Source: Octopus vulgaris (Eukaryota). From it: a stretch of DNA of 64,000 bases. Position numbers and translations under genes: made by a program. The notes under the pieces are model-generated. The model was not told the origin of the DNA. It was given only the letters and a program-made list of their open reading frames with translations, and searched no databases. Positions 1-12,313 of the stretch are shown piece by piece (positions within the stretch are counted from its first letter, which is position 1; every line of letters starts with the position of its first letter). Location: assembly GCA_951406725.2 (NCBI GenBank), contig OX597823.1, forward strand, positions 3,038,001-3,102,000, read 5' to 3'.

Positions 1-329
1 ATTTCCCTAATACCATAAAAATCAAATCTCATTTTATAATTGTTGTTTATCGCAAAACTTTCTCAAATTATTCCTTTAACGATCTCTTTTCAAAGTGCTC
101 AGTCTCCTGTGACGAATCGGTAGTCGCTGGCATCTAGGGTACCAAAACAAACTGTGGCGTTATAATCCCCTTTCTGGCGCTGGACAATCACACAAAGTTT
201 CGCCTTGTTTATACTAAAACATATTTGTTTTAGACATAATCGCTTTATTACTGAAACGTGAAATTAATGAATGCTGGGGATAATTTGGTATATTGCGCCT
301 AATCGAATATTTCAGGTAATGTGAAAGAA

Positions 330-612
330 GTGGAGGCGCAATGGCCCAGTGGTTAGGGTAGCGGAATCGCAAGCGTTGTGTATGATTATTGAGCGAAAAC
401 ACCTAAAGCTCCACGAGTCTCCGGCAGGGGCTGGTGGTGACCCCTGTTGTACTCTTTCGCCCCAACTTTCTCTCAGTCTTTCTTCCTGTTTCTTGAGTAA
501 CTCTGCGATGGATTGGTGTCCCATCCAGCTGGGGGGGGGACACATACGCCACAGAAACCGGGAAACTGGGCCCATGAGCCTGGCTAGGCTTGAAAAGGGC
601 GCATAAATAAAA
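330..612 (+). mobile_element. tRNA-derived SINE (family A head, internally deleted) with alternative 3' module and A-rich tail
   Basis: Head GGAGGCGCAATGGCCCAGTGGTTAGGG and body shared with 1274-1667 and 23153-23543; the 3' part (CTGCGATGGATTGGTGTCCCATCCAG...) differs. Confidence 0.8.
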
Positions 613-939
613 AATGTGAAAGAAATAAAGCCAGAGAACTTGCCTGACAACAGCGCCACCTGAAGCCGCTGCTTCAAGCAAGAACGGTTTCTCAACGCCT
701 TCCATTTGGAAACCAACTAAACCATTCAAGTAGTCGCCTATAAGATTCTGACCTGCACTCAAGCATCCATTTTTTTACAACTACTCCAACAGCAATGTCT
801 TCGCATGTCAGACTAAAGAATCTCGAATGATCGGCTGTAATAGGGGCAGATCGCAGGTAAGAGCGCACAAGGCTGGCTCCATCTTTATTTCAAAGCTAAC
901 TATTAGAGAAGCATAAAATCACTGAACCTGTATATTCTT

Positions 940-1050
940 TTCTACTCTGGGCACAAGGCCCGAAATTTTAGGGGAGAGAGCCAGTCGACTAGATCGATCC
1001 CAGTACGCAACTGGTACTTAATTTATCGTCCCCGAAAGGATGAAAGGTGA
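940..1050 (-). mobile_element. SINE fragment (family C)
   Basis: GATCGATCCCAGTACGCAACTGGTACTTAATTTATCGTCCCCGAAAGGATGAAAGG is homologous to 31130-31200. Confidence 0.7.
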
Positions 1051-1273
1051 CTGAACATGTATTCTGAAAAGTAACTGGATATGGGGGTTGATTGCTCTCG
1101 CTGGAGGTGAGAACTAAAATGGGGTCTCAAAAGAAAAAGGAGCAAGCTGATATTTGCTGAAAAAGAAAAAGGGCATTCGAGGGGAAAAAAAGGCAGCACC
1201 AATAGCAGACAGTACCTTCAAAGGCGGCCGCGGCATTCGGGGCTTTAATTCTGCATGGGTCTACAATCGCAAC

Positions 1274-1667
1274 TGTGGGGGCGCAATGGCCCAGTGGTTA
1301 GGGCAGCGGACTCGCGGTCGTAGGATCGCGGTTTCGATTCCCAGACCGGGCGTTGTGAGTGTTTATTGAGCGAAAACACTTAAAGCGCCATGAGGCTCAG
1401 GCAAGGGATGGTGGTGAACCCTGCTGTACTCTTTCATCACAACTTTCTCTCACTCTTTTTTCCTGTTTCTGTTGTACCTGTAATTCAAGGGGCCAGCCTT
1501 GTCACACTCTGTGTTACACTGAATCTCCCTGAGAACTACGTTAAGGGTACACGTGTCTGTGGAGTGCTCAGCCACTTACACGTTAATTTCACGAGCAGGC
1601 TGTTCCGTTGATTCGGATCAACCGGAACCCTCGTCGTCGTAACCGACGGAGTGCTTCCATCCCATCC
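1274..1667 (+). mobile_element. Full-length tRNA-derived SINE (family A)
   Basis: A-box TGGCCCAGTGG and B-box-like GTTTCGATTCC; 11-bp TSD ACAATCGCAAC at 1263-1273 and 1668-1678; paralogues at 23153 and 41925. Confidence 0.92.
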
Positions 1668-1826
1668 ACAATCGCAACAGGTGTGACTCTAGTAACAGAA
1701 ACGAATAAAGGTATTTCTGATGCACATCTCATGGGATCACGACACTGATACCACGCACGCTCGCACACACACACACACACATACACACACACACACACAC
1801 ATACACACACACACACACGCTTGCAT

Positions 1827-1884
<58 letters not shown>

Positions 1885-2059
1885 CCGTACAGAGAACGGA
1901 TGTATAAACATTAAAAGATAAATTCAGGGAAATTAAGAAGTCTAATTCATAACAGGTCGTTAAACTGCAAAAACACACGACAATACATCGGGGCCGGACC
2001 GACTTGCATCTAGATACAGAATCGGATTTAGCGATCTTTAAGAGCAACATATTTAACAC

Positions 2060-2385
2060 AAGCTGAAAAAACATTTTTACTGTTCCACTCACAGATTGCA
2101 CTTGTAATGTACGAATTGGCCGGACGATTTCTCTTTCTGAAAATCCCAGTTTATCCAGATTCTCGTTTAAGCATTTACTAACAAAACCTAGTACTCCAAT
2201 TATTATTGGTATGGATATGAATTCATAGTCCGGATATAGAAGCTGGAGGTTTCGAAGCAGTTGTCCATAGATATCGTCTCTTTTTCTTAGATTTTCAAAG
2301 AGTTATTTATATCTGCAGGGCGGCTGACCTCTATGATGGTACATACCTTTGCCCCTCTGTCCCAAACAACAATATTCGGCATGTT
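2060..2385 (-). pseudogene. 3' remnant of an RLE-type non-LTR retrotransposon (restriction-like endonuclease)
   Basis: Minus strand reads PNIVVWDRGAKVCTIIEVSRPAD...IPIIIGVLG...QSVSGTVK, a degenerate PD-(D/E)xK RLE C-terminus. Confidence 0.7.
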
Positions 2386-2647
2386 ATGCATGTATATGTA
2401 TGTATGTGTGTATGTATGTATGTATGTATGTATGTATGTATGTATGTATTTGTGTATGTGTGTATGTAGAGAGAGAGGGAGAAAGAGGAGGGAGAGACAG
2501 ACAGACAAACAGACTTGCCAACTTCAGGAAGTACTCAATATGTGGAGTAGATTTAATTGTAATATCAAGTGAAAGAACTGGGGTTTTCAGTTGTTTACTT
2601 CGAGGTTTCCGTTGACAAAGAAGAGTGGCAACGCGAAATTCGGTATC

Positions 2648-2685
<38 letters not shown>

Positions 2686-2715
2686 TACACACCCACACAT
2701 ACGCACGCATATATC

Positions 2716-4230
2716 TCTATATATATAAAACTGAGAATGTGTGTCTGTCTGTCTGTGTGAATCCCTAAAACTTGAGAACTACACAACCAATTTCATTCAA
2801 ATTTTACACATGCCTTACTTAGTGTCATCGGCAAAAGAAAATTTTTACTTTTTGCCTAGGGCGAGCCCACAGCAATATCATATCTTCTCCACTACGATTC
2901 CCTAAAACTTGAGAACTACACAACCAATTTCGTTCAAATTTTACACATACCTTACTTAGGGTCCATGTAGTTTCATGGGCAAAAAAATGTTCAACTTCTT
3001 GCCTAGAGCGAGCCCATAGCAATATCATATCTTCTCCACTATTTCAGTATTATGTGTTAAAAGTGAAACAAAAACATTTCTCTATTTTATGTCAGATACT
3101 TTCACTTTAACAATAAAAATAATAACAATTGAATTATATGTAGTAAGTAATAATTAAAATCAAACTAAAGTATAATATAATCGTAACATAACAAAAGTAA
3201 AAATAGCAATTAGTATAAAATTGCATCAATGACTTGAACTTGAATAAGTGGTTTCACATGAATGGGAATAAATTAAAGTAAATCAACTGCGTACTGCTTT
3301 TTGATTCACCGTAAGGTTTGTTGTTATTATTATTACTATTTAACTATTGTTATCACGTTTGTTGGCAAGGGAAATGTTGTTGTGTTGCATTTGTTAAATA
3401 ATTGTAAACTGTAACCCTTCCCCTTTGGGAGAAGGAGCTTTGGTTATTATTTAAAAATTGTGTCCCTCTTTGGGGAAATTGACAATATTTTCACTGTTTA
3501 TACGGAAGCATTTTTGTTAGAATGCCTTCGATAGAAGAAAGTCCAAAAATCAATTTCGCTGCAGCCGTCGGCGGGCGCGAACTCATTAAAATTAAAATGG
3601 AAGAAATACAAACCTATTTCGGATTCATCACCGACAAAGACGGTGAATCTAGGATAACATCACCAAACGAAATAAAAAATTAAAGAAAAGAAAAGACTAT
3701 TGTCTATAAAGTATACGATGTAGAGAAAAAAAAAGATTTGAACACCTGGAGGAAAGCACCATCGAAAAGTGTCTTGCTGCGACTATGAAAGATATCTAAC
3801 CAGAGGCGGTAAATTCGCCACAATAGAAGCAAGGTTCGAGACAACGGAGCGTGCAAGGGAGTACTCGACTCGAACCTTGCAAAGTGGAAATATTTTATTT
3901 TTACCTTTATATCTGGGACGTAGGACATCCCGGATAAAAATTTAAAATGTCCCCCCAGAAGTAGAGGTAGGATGGATTGTAGCAACACTTCTATACAAGA
4001 GGGAGGACAAGATACAATTGATCGAAATTACAAGAGACAGGCCAACAATTCCAGTCTGTTATATATTTTGAGTATTGTTATCACTAGCGATATCAAGATA
4101 TAACTTTGTATTTTGTATTTTATGTGTAGATGTATATATATAGATGTACATGTAATATGTACACATATATATATACACATATATACATGCACTAGCACTA
4201 TGACCCGGCAACGACGGCTCATAATGCTAG
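2716..4230 (+). mobile_element. Non-autonomous Helitron
   Basis: Starts TCTATATATATAAAACTG; ends with hairpin CCGGCAACGACGG then CTAG (4227-4230)/T; internal direct repeats; homologous to 6405-6850 and, inverted, to 48190-48710. Confidence 0.8.
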
Positions 4231-4233
4231 TCT

Positions 4234-4690
4234 TCTATCTCTTATTATAAAAGGTAGATTTTATCTGCCTCCCTTTGGGAGTTATACAAATCTACAATAT
4301 AGGATTTCTTCAATTACAATTTACCTACCATTTTTAAGAGTACAATGCATCGCGTCATGCCAGGTCCAGTTTTTAAAATTTAAACTCCAATTAAGCAAAA
4401 TTTACAGAAAACTCACATTCTGGTGTGTGTGTCAAATGCTTTTCTTAGTCTGGTTTACACCACACGCAAACGCACACACACAGTGGGCAACGAATAAAGT
4501 GAAACTAGATGTAATATTTGTTTCTGTCTATGACGCTGATAGATAAATGAGTAAAATGTATGGGAAGCTAACACATAAGAGTGAGTGAAAATGTTCTTGG
4601 AAGAGAGTAAATTAGCGACAGAGAGTGATTTGAGGAGGACTTTACATTAAATAACCGTAGTGGCTTGTGTTAGTAATAAAGTAAACATAC
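4234..4690 (+). mobile_element. Helitron 5' fragment
   Basis: Starts TCTATCTTATTATAAAAGGTAGATTTTATCTGCCTCC directly after the previous CTAG; inverted homologue at ~48980-49152; 4520-4660 is similar to 44210-44345. Confidence 0.6.
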
Positions 4691-4990
4691 GCTCATACAT
4701 ACATACATACATACATACATACATACATACATACATACATACATACATACACACACATACATACACACACACACACATACATACACACACACATACATAC
4801 ATACACACATACATACATACATATACATACATACATACATATACATACATACATACACACACACACACATACACACACACACAGTATTGAAGCTTGAGAA
4901 CAATCAGATACATTTGCAACACATCTGTTGAAAATATTATTGTTCACACACATACATATACATATATACATACAGACAGACAGACAGATA

Positions 4991-5024
<34 letters not shown>

Positions 5025-5159
5025 ATCCAGCATGGCCACAACCTCAAGGCTGAAACATATAAAAGAATAACAGAATATAAATGTGTGCATGTGTGTGAGA
5101 GAGAGAGTGTGTGTGTATATGTATGTATGTATGTATGTATGTAATGTATATATATATAA

Positions 5160-5750
5160 TAATGCGGTTTTTTCAACAGCTTGAACTAAAAGTCAGAGGG
5201 GAATGGGATAAACCACTTATATTAACTTGCTATAAAAGCAGGTAGTAATTTTATCTTGTCCTTATTCATAGTGCAAGTTTTGAAGAGTGCATTTCGATTT
5301 TAACAGCTATTTTTTTCAAAGCTATATTGGAAGTAACAAAGGAGCATATTTGGCATATTTTGCTTTATGAGTTCAATAAAGACAACAACGCAACGGAAAG
5401 TACAAGAAATATTAATGCAGTATATGGGGATTGGACAATAAGCGTAAGGCAGTGTCAATGGTGGTTCCAGAAATTCCGAGCCATAAACTACAGCCTAGAA
5501 GACAAGCCTCATCCTGAAAGATCTGTAGAACTCGACAAGGACATCCTGAAAACCCTGGTGGAACAAAATCTCATCGTAACTGTTGAGGAACTAGCAGAGA
5601 AGCTTGGATTTGGTCATTCAACCATTCATTGAGACCTGTGTGCTATCGGAAAAGTCAGCAAATTGGGTCAATGGGTTCCTCACGAACTTTCCGAGTCTAA
5701 TTGCATGCAGAGAGTGAATGTATGCTTTTCTTTGCTGTCACATCTCACCA
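5160..5750 (+). mobile_element. Mariner transposon 5' fragment (HTH DNA-binding region, pseudogenised)
   Basis: ORF 5327-5632 (HILLYEF...NINAVYG...QWWFQKFR) followed by the mariner WVPHEL motif near 5671; truncated at a Helitron insertion. Confidence 0.88.
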
Positions 5751-5767
5751 CTACTGCGCTATGTATA

Positions 5768-6404
5768 TCTATATATATAAAACTGTAGTTGTGTGAGTGT
5801 CTGTCCCCTTCGATTTAGATTCCTAACTACTCCCACATTTTGCGGTGCAGTTTAACCAAATTCGGGTAGCTTATAGTCGTGATTCATATCGAGCCCGTCT
5901 GAGTATTAGCGCGCGTCTACGATGAGTCTACGATTTTAAAAATAATTTAACATAATTTTTTATTCCATTTTAATGCATAATTTTTCGTGTGTCGATGGCG
6001 GCGGAGTTGGCGTCCACGCTCACACCTGCACCTGTGGGGAAGGGAGTGTAAGGAAATCAACGTCGTAATGCGTTGTCAAGGAGACCAGCGTTCTTTTAGA
6101 ATAACGACGTCATGGCTTGAAGACACCAAAACAGAAATGGCTAAGAAAGCGTCTACATGAGTCTACGATTTAAAAAAAAAATTGCCATCGTTTTTTTTCC
6201 ATTTTAATGCATTTTTTCGCTATTATATAAGGGAAGTAACTCTCTAAAAATGTCTACGATGAGTCAACGATTTAAAAAAAAATTTACCATCATATTATTT
6301 CCATTTTTAATGCATTTTTGGCTATTTTTTGGCTATAACTCTCTAAAAATGCCTATATAGTTATTTCCCTTACAAACCCGAGCAACGCCGGGCGATACTG
6401 CTAG
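5768..6404 (+). mobile_element. Complete short non-autonomous Helitron
   Basis: A|TCTATATATATAAAACTG start; subterminal hairpin CCCGAGCAACGCCGGG; CTAG|T end. Confidence 0.88.
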
Positions 6405-7230
6405 TATATATATAAAACTGAGAATGTGTGTCTGTCCGTCTGTCTGTCTGTCTGTCTGTCTGTCTGTGTGAATCCCTAAAACTTGAGAACTACAAAACCA
6501 ATTTCATTCAAATTTTACACATGCCTTACTTAGGGTCCAGGGAGTGTCATGGGCAAAAATGTTTTAAACTTTTTACCTAGGGCGAGCCCACAGCAATATC
6601 ATATTTTCTCCACTATGAATCCCTAAAACTTGAGAACTACACAACCAATTTCATTCAAATTTTACACATGCCTTACTTAGGGTCCATGTACTGTCATGGG
6701 CAAAAAAAACTTCTAACTTCTTGCCTAGGGCGAGCCTACAACAATATCATATCTTCTCCACTATTTCAGTATTACGTGTTAAAAGTGAAACAAAAACATC
6801 TCTCTATTGCAATGTCAGATACTTTCACTTTAATACTGAAACTTTTAAAGTCAAACTATTATATAAGAGGGATGAACCATTAACAGTGGACATCCATTTT
6901 GCTAGAAGATCCGCTATGGTTTTGTATGCTACACCACTGGTTTTCAATTCATATTAATCAAATTAATATTCAATTTCTCATCCTTATTATTTTAAATTTA
7001 ATTTTAAACCCAGGACCATGTGTTTTGGAACGAAGTTTGTTACCACACAGCCACACCTGCACCTATGTATGTGTGTGTGTATATAGCTGTGTATGTGTGT
7101 ATAGCTGTATATGTATACATTTATTTCTATACATATAGATGTATATCTATACATGTATATGAGTAGCTGTATATATATATAGATGTACATGTAATATGTA
7201 CACATATATATTTACATATATACATGCATA
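6405..7230 (+). mobile_element. Helitron (same family as 2716-4230), 3' end not seen
   Basis: Near-identical first ~430 bp with (TCTG)n and the repeated AATCCCTAAAACTTGAGAACTAC unit. Confidence 0.75.
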
Positions 7231-7270
7231 CATATATACACCCATACACACATACACACACACACACACA

Positions 7271-7590
7271 GGTGCAGGTGTGGCTGTGTGGTAACAAACT
7301 TCGTTCCAAAACACATGGTCCTCAGTTCAGTCCCACTGTGTGGTAACTTGGCATGTGTCTTCTGTTATAGCCTCAGACCAACCAAAGCCTTGTCAGTGGA
7401 TTTTGTAGACAGAAACTGAAATAAATAAATCGTATATATATGTATGTATATATGTAAGTCTGTGTGTGTGTCTTTGTGTTTCTCCCTCATCACTGCCTCA
7501 AAACTTGTGTTGGTTTATTTACATCCCCATAACTTACTGGTTTCACAAGAAGAAACTGATAGAATAAATACCAGGCTTATCAAAAAAACA
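7271..7590 (+). mobile_element. tRNA-derived SINE family B (diverged)
   Basis: GCAGGTGTGGCTGTGTGGTAA head with internal (TA/TG)n; homologous to 18083-18467. Confidence 0.8.
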
Positions 7591-7639
7591 CTAGGCATTA
7601 TCTCATATTTTTTTGCCCACAATTTATCTTTGTGTGTGT

Positions 7640-7920
7640 GTGTGCACATATATACATACATACATACATATATATATATACATATATATATACATATACA
7701 TACATATACATATATATGCATATATACATATATATACGTATATACATATATATACATATATACATATATATATGCATATATATATACATACATATACATA
7801 TATATATATACGTATATACATATATATACATATATACATATATATATGCATATATATATACATACATATACATATATATATATACATATATACATATATA
7901 TACATATATATACATATATA
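7640..7920. repeat. Compound (TA/CA)n microsatellite
   Basis: Direct inspection. Confidence 0.95.
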
Positions 7921-8126
7921 AATTGTGAAGCATGACTGTCAACACTACTACATGAACCCGAAGATTGCAGAATTCAATGCATGAAAGTACTAGTTCAATC
8001 AGAATGAATATTTAACATTCTACTATTTCATTTTATTTTATTCAATTATAATATATTATCTTATAATATATCATTATAAGATTGTAAATAAAACGTGAAA
8101 ATCAGACAAGGTTGGAATTCTTTTTA

Positions 8127-8184
<58 letters not shown>

Positions 8185-8217
8185 GATTTCGTAGAGAGAA
8201 ACTTAAAGAAATCAATC

Positions 8218-8259
<42 letters not shown>

Positions 8260-8382
8260 GAATTAAGGAACGGCCATAATAGCTCGTTCAACCCACTAGA
8301 AATAACAGCCAAAGGCTTCAACCGCAAATTAGTAGTAATTCCGTAAATCAAGAGAAAATTAAAAAAACATTTACCCTTTTCC

Positions 8383-8485
8383 ACTTTATACAATGCATCG
8401 TTTCATCGTTTTTTAATGGTAAAATCAGCCTGATTAAATTAAATCAAGCTAATCTTCCATAGGCCAACAGATTCATCAGTAAAGT
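8383..8485 (-). ncRNA. Type I hammerhead ribozyme, extended stem II
   Basis: Reverse complement of the 9309-9411 motif. Confidence 0.8.
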
Positions 8486-9308
8486 AAGCCAGGAGAGAGA
8501 TATATTTACACGAGGCGGCACCACTACCGCTTCGGCAATATCTAACCTAAAATTTTCAAAATCATCGTACTCGCGCCAATTTATCGGCAGCAAATATAAG
8601 CTGCCGATTCCATTTCGGAATTAAACAGAAAATTCATAATTAATCAATATAGGGTAGCAAAAAATTCAGCAGAAATTATTTTGCTACCAGCGTCTAGTGA
8701 GAAAAAAGGAAATAGTCAGAGACTATTTATAAATTCAACAGTAAAATTAAGGAACGGCCATAATAGGTCGTTCAACCCACTAGAAATAACAGCCAAAGGC
8801 TTCAACCGCAAATTAGTAGTAATTCCGTAAATCAAGAGAAAATTTTTAAAAATTAATTAAAAAAATTTAATTTAATCAGGCTGATTTTACCATTAAAAAA
8901 CGATGAAATGATGCATTGTATAAAGTGGAAAAGGGTAAATGTTTTTTTAATTTTCTCTTGATTTACGTAATTACTACTAATTTGCGGTTGAAGCCTTTGG
9001 CTGTTATTTCTAGTGGGTTGAACGACCTATTATGGCCGTTCCTTAATTTTACTGTTGAATTTATAAATAGTCTCTGACTATTTCCTTTTTTCTCACTAGA
9101 CCGCTGGTAGCAAAATAATTTCTGCTGAATTTTTTGCTACCCTATATTGATTAATTATGAATTTTCTGTTTAATTCCGAAATGGAATCGGCAGCTTATAT
9201 TTGCTGCCGATAAATTGGCGCGAGTACGATGATTTTGAAAATTTTAGGTTAGATATTGCCGAAGCGGTAGTGGTGCCGCCTCGTGTAAATATCTCTCCCT
9301 CCTGGCTT

Positions 9309-9411
9309 ACTTTACTGATGAATCTGTTGGCCTATGGAAGATTAGCTTGATTTAATTTAATCAGGCTGATTTTACCATTAAAAAACGATGAAACGATGCA
9401 TTGTATAAAGT
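9309..9411 (+). ncRNA. Type I hammerhead ribozyme, extended stem II
   Basis: Stem I ACTTTA/TAAAGT; core CTGATGA (9315-9321); stem II closed by ATC/GAT; GAAA (9390-9393); stem III ACGA-TGCA-TTGT; GUA cleavage triplet. Confidence 0.8.
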
Positions 9412-9635
9412 GGAAAAGGGTAAATGTTTTTTTAATTTTCTCTTGATTTACGGAATTACTACTAATTTGCGGTTGAAGCCTTTGGCTGTTATTTCTAGTG
9501 GGTTGAACGACCTATTATGGCCGTTCCTTAATTTTACTGTTGAATTTATAAATAGTCTCTGACTATTTCCTTTTTTCTCACTAGACCGCTGGTAGCAAAA
9601 TAATTTCTGCTGAATTTTTTGCTTCCCTATATTGA

Positions 9636-9697
<62 letters not shown>

Positions 9698-9729
9698 CAC
9701 ACACTCACACACACACACACGCACGCACA

Positions 9730-9946
9730 TATATAGACGCACGCCATGATAGATCGTTAGCTACTACACGCATTTTTTTCTCTCCTTGTTTCTCTCCTTG
9801 TTTTTTTCTGTGTATCTTTCTGTCGAAGAGCGTAGGCTCGAAACGTAAAAGACTTCTATTTCTATTCCTGAGCGCTATACTAATACATTTGTTTGTTTGT
9901 ACTCCACCTGCCCTCGTCTTTTGTTTATTTTCGTAAACATTCCCTT
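9730..9946 (+). mobile_element. Solo Penelope-like pLTR with minimal hammerhead variant (9815-9852)
   Basis: Homologous to 61385-61592, which lies downstream of a GIY-YIG ORF; ends in (TA)n. Confidence 0.75.
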
Positions 9947-9994
9947 TATATATATATATAATATTATTAGTGAATTGAAGAAATGGATATTTCA

Positions 9995-10040
<46 letters not shown>

Positions 10041-10052
10041 ATATGTGTACAT

Positions 10053-11729
10053 TCATATTTATTATATCAAAGACAATGTCTTTATGTGTTGCTCTATTAC
10101 TTATACATTCGAAAAATGCTGCACCGATCATAATGAAATTTGGAACACAAAATCGAAGCCCAGGGAGAAGGGTAATGCTGTGTGTTTCGTGGACCAAAAT
10201 TTCTGAATGGATCCTTATGATATTTGAAACTTAGATTCAATGCATAAGGGCGGTTATAATGCTATATGTTTGGTTTGAATTTCGGATGGCTTAAAGGGGG
10301 CAGAACCACCCCATGAAAATTCATAAATTTTCGATGTTGATGAAATTTCAACCATGGGTAATTGACACACTTCAAGAAGTATTCTCAAATTTTCCACTTC
10401 ACATGAAGATTCTAAGACACCCTAATGGGGGCCTTAACTCCCAAATTTTAGTCATTTCTTTCATGATCCAAAACTAAGTCAAAAGCACTGAATGGATCTT
10501 TAGGAAATTTGGAAATTGTAATTTATGCATAAGGGCCACAACCCCCATGACAATTCATATATTTTTGCTGTTGAGGAAATTTTAACCATAGATATTAGAT
10601 ACAAATGAAGAAATATTTATAAAATTTCATCTTCTTACAAGTTAGAAAGACCCATTCATGAGGACTTAACACCCACAATTTTGTCATTTTATCTAAGCAA
10701 AAACGAATAGTTGTACTCTTGGAAGCTGTGGGGTCATCCGAGCATAGAAGATTAACATTATTTGTAATTCAATGGTACAACAGTGTAAGAGTTTGCCTTG
10801 ACATACACTTACATTGTGATTTCTGCAATGTGCTGCATAAATTGTTAAGTAAATGAGAGGCATCTTTGCCTCCACTGATTCAGTTGCAAAGTGTTGAGTG
10901 AAGTTATTTGATTGCAAAACTCCTTTCAGTCTTTTTATTATCACTGGGTCACACATAGTCCCCAGATGGTAACATTGATTTCAAGGCCTTCCCAGATGAG
11001 TGACTGGTTATTCAAAGACATTTATAGATTGTAAATGTATTCTGCCTAGTTACGTATCAGTATAGTGGTCATTTGCAAACTCCAAAGGTGACACTTTCAT
11101 TTCTCCTTAGCCCTCACGTCACACAGTTGTTAATGTTTATTCAGCTGGGTCACGCCCTTCTAATTGCTATAGATTCGTAATGCATCTTATTGCTGTGCCT
11201 GTCACCTGGATGGTGAGGAATCCTACATTGGGAGTGGTTACGACTAGGGGAGGGTAACTGACTGCTTATTGTGATCATTCGTCTTTTGGTTTCCTGTAGC
11301 TTTGCTCTCTTATACAAACCCAGTGAACATATATTTCCTATTTCTAAGAAATTCAAACAATAGATATAAGACCCAAGTTAAAAAGAATCTCAACAGTTCA
11401 AATTCTCTGGCTGACATTAAGATGCCCATCCCCAATAGGGGCGTTAACTCTCACATTTTAGAGCTCCATAACCTCCATTTTTCAGAAGCAAAATCCTTTT
11501 AACAGGCTCTATGAGACTGGAATTTTAGAATATGCGCATAAAAATCAGCAGTATGGATAGATGTGGCACGATTACAATTTTATTTGGGTGTGTTAAGAGG
11601 GAAATAACCCTCATCTGCAATTTTGATGAAATTCGAAACATAGATATTCCAGTTCATTAGAGAAAATATAACAAAAAAGTCTAATTCTTCAAGTGTATGT
11701 AACACGGGTAACGCCGGGTATCTCTGCTA

Positions 11730-11730
<1 letters not shown>
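10053..11730 (+). mobile_element. Non-autonomous Helitron
   Basis: 3' hairpin CACGGGTAACGCCGGG then CTAG (11727-11730)/T; 5' end approximate; internal imperfect direct repeats. Confidence 0.65.
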
Positions 11731-11780
<50 letters not shown>

Positions 11781-11781
<1 letters not shown>

Positions 11782-12198
11782 TCTTTACTCTTTTACTCTT
11801 TTACTCTTTTACTTGTTTCAGTCATTTGACTGCGGCCATGCTGGAGCACCGCCTTTAGTCGAGCAAATCGACCCCGGGACTTATTCTTTGTAAGCCCAGT
11901 ACTTATTCTATCGGTCTCTTTTGCCGAACTGCTAAGTGACGGGGACGTAAACACACAGCATCGGTTGTCAAGCAATGCTAGAGGGACAAACACAGACACA
12001 CAAACATATACATACACATACATACATATATATATACATATATACGACAGGCTTCTTTCAGTTTCCGTCTACCAAATCCACTCACAAGGCATTGGTCGGT
12101 CCGAGGCTATAGCAGAAGACACTTGCCCAAGATGCCACGCAGTGGGACTGAACTCTGAACCATGTGGTTGGTAAGCAAACCACACACCCACTCCTGCG

Positions 12199-12200
<2 letters not shown>
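11781..12200 (-). mobile_element. Full-length SINE family B
   Basis: Reverse complement of 18083-18467, with (GAGTAAAA)n tail. Confidence 0.92.
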
Positions 12201-12268
<68 letters not shown>

Positions 12269-12273
12269 CACAC

Positions 12274-12313
<40 letters not shown>

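Larger units (their letters stand above)
8255..9643. mobile_element. Hammerhead-bearing ~485-bp non-coding unit in tandem plus inverted copies (retrozyme / Penelope pLTR-like), family A
   Basis: AATTAAGGAACGGCCATAAT recurs at 8261 and 8746; 8866-9643 is the reverse complement, ~1.6 units long; (TA)n on both flanks. Confidence 0.85.

Noticed and set aside
620-900. Host exon (GDYLNGLVGFQMEGVEKPFLL...)
   Set aside because: No recognisable domain or supported splice structure; the rest of the ORF runs through a SINE
1277-1345. tRNA gene
   Set aside because: tRNA-like A/B boxes continue into a SINE body with TSDs; the same applies to the other SINE heads
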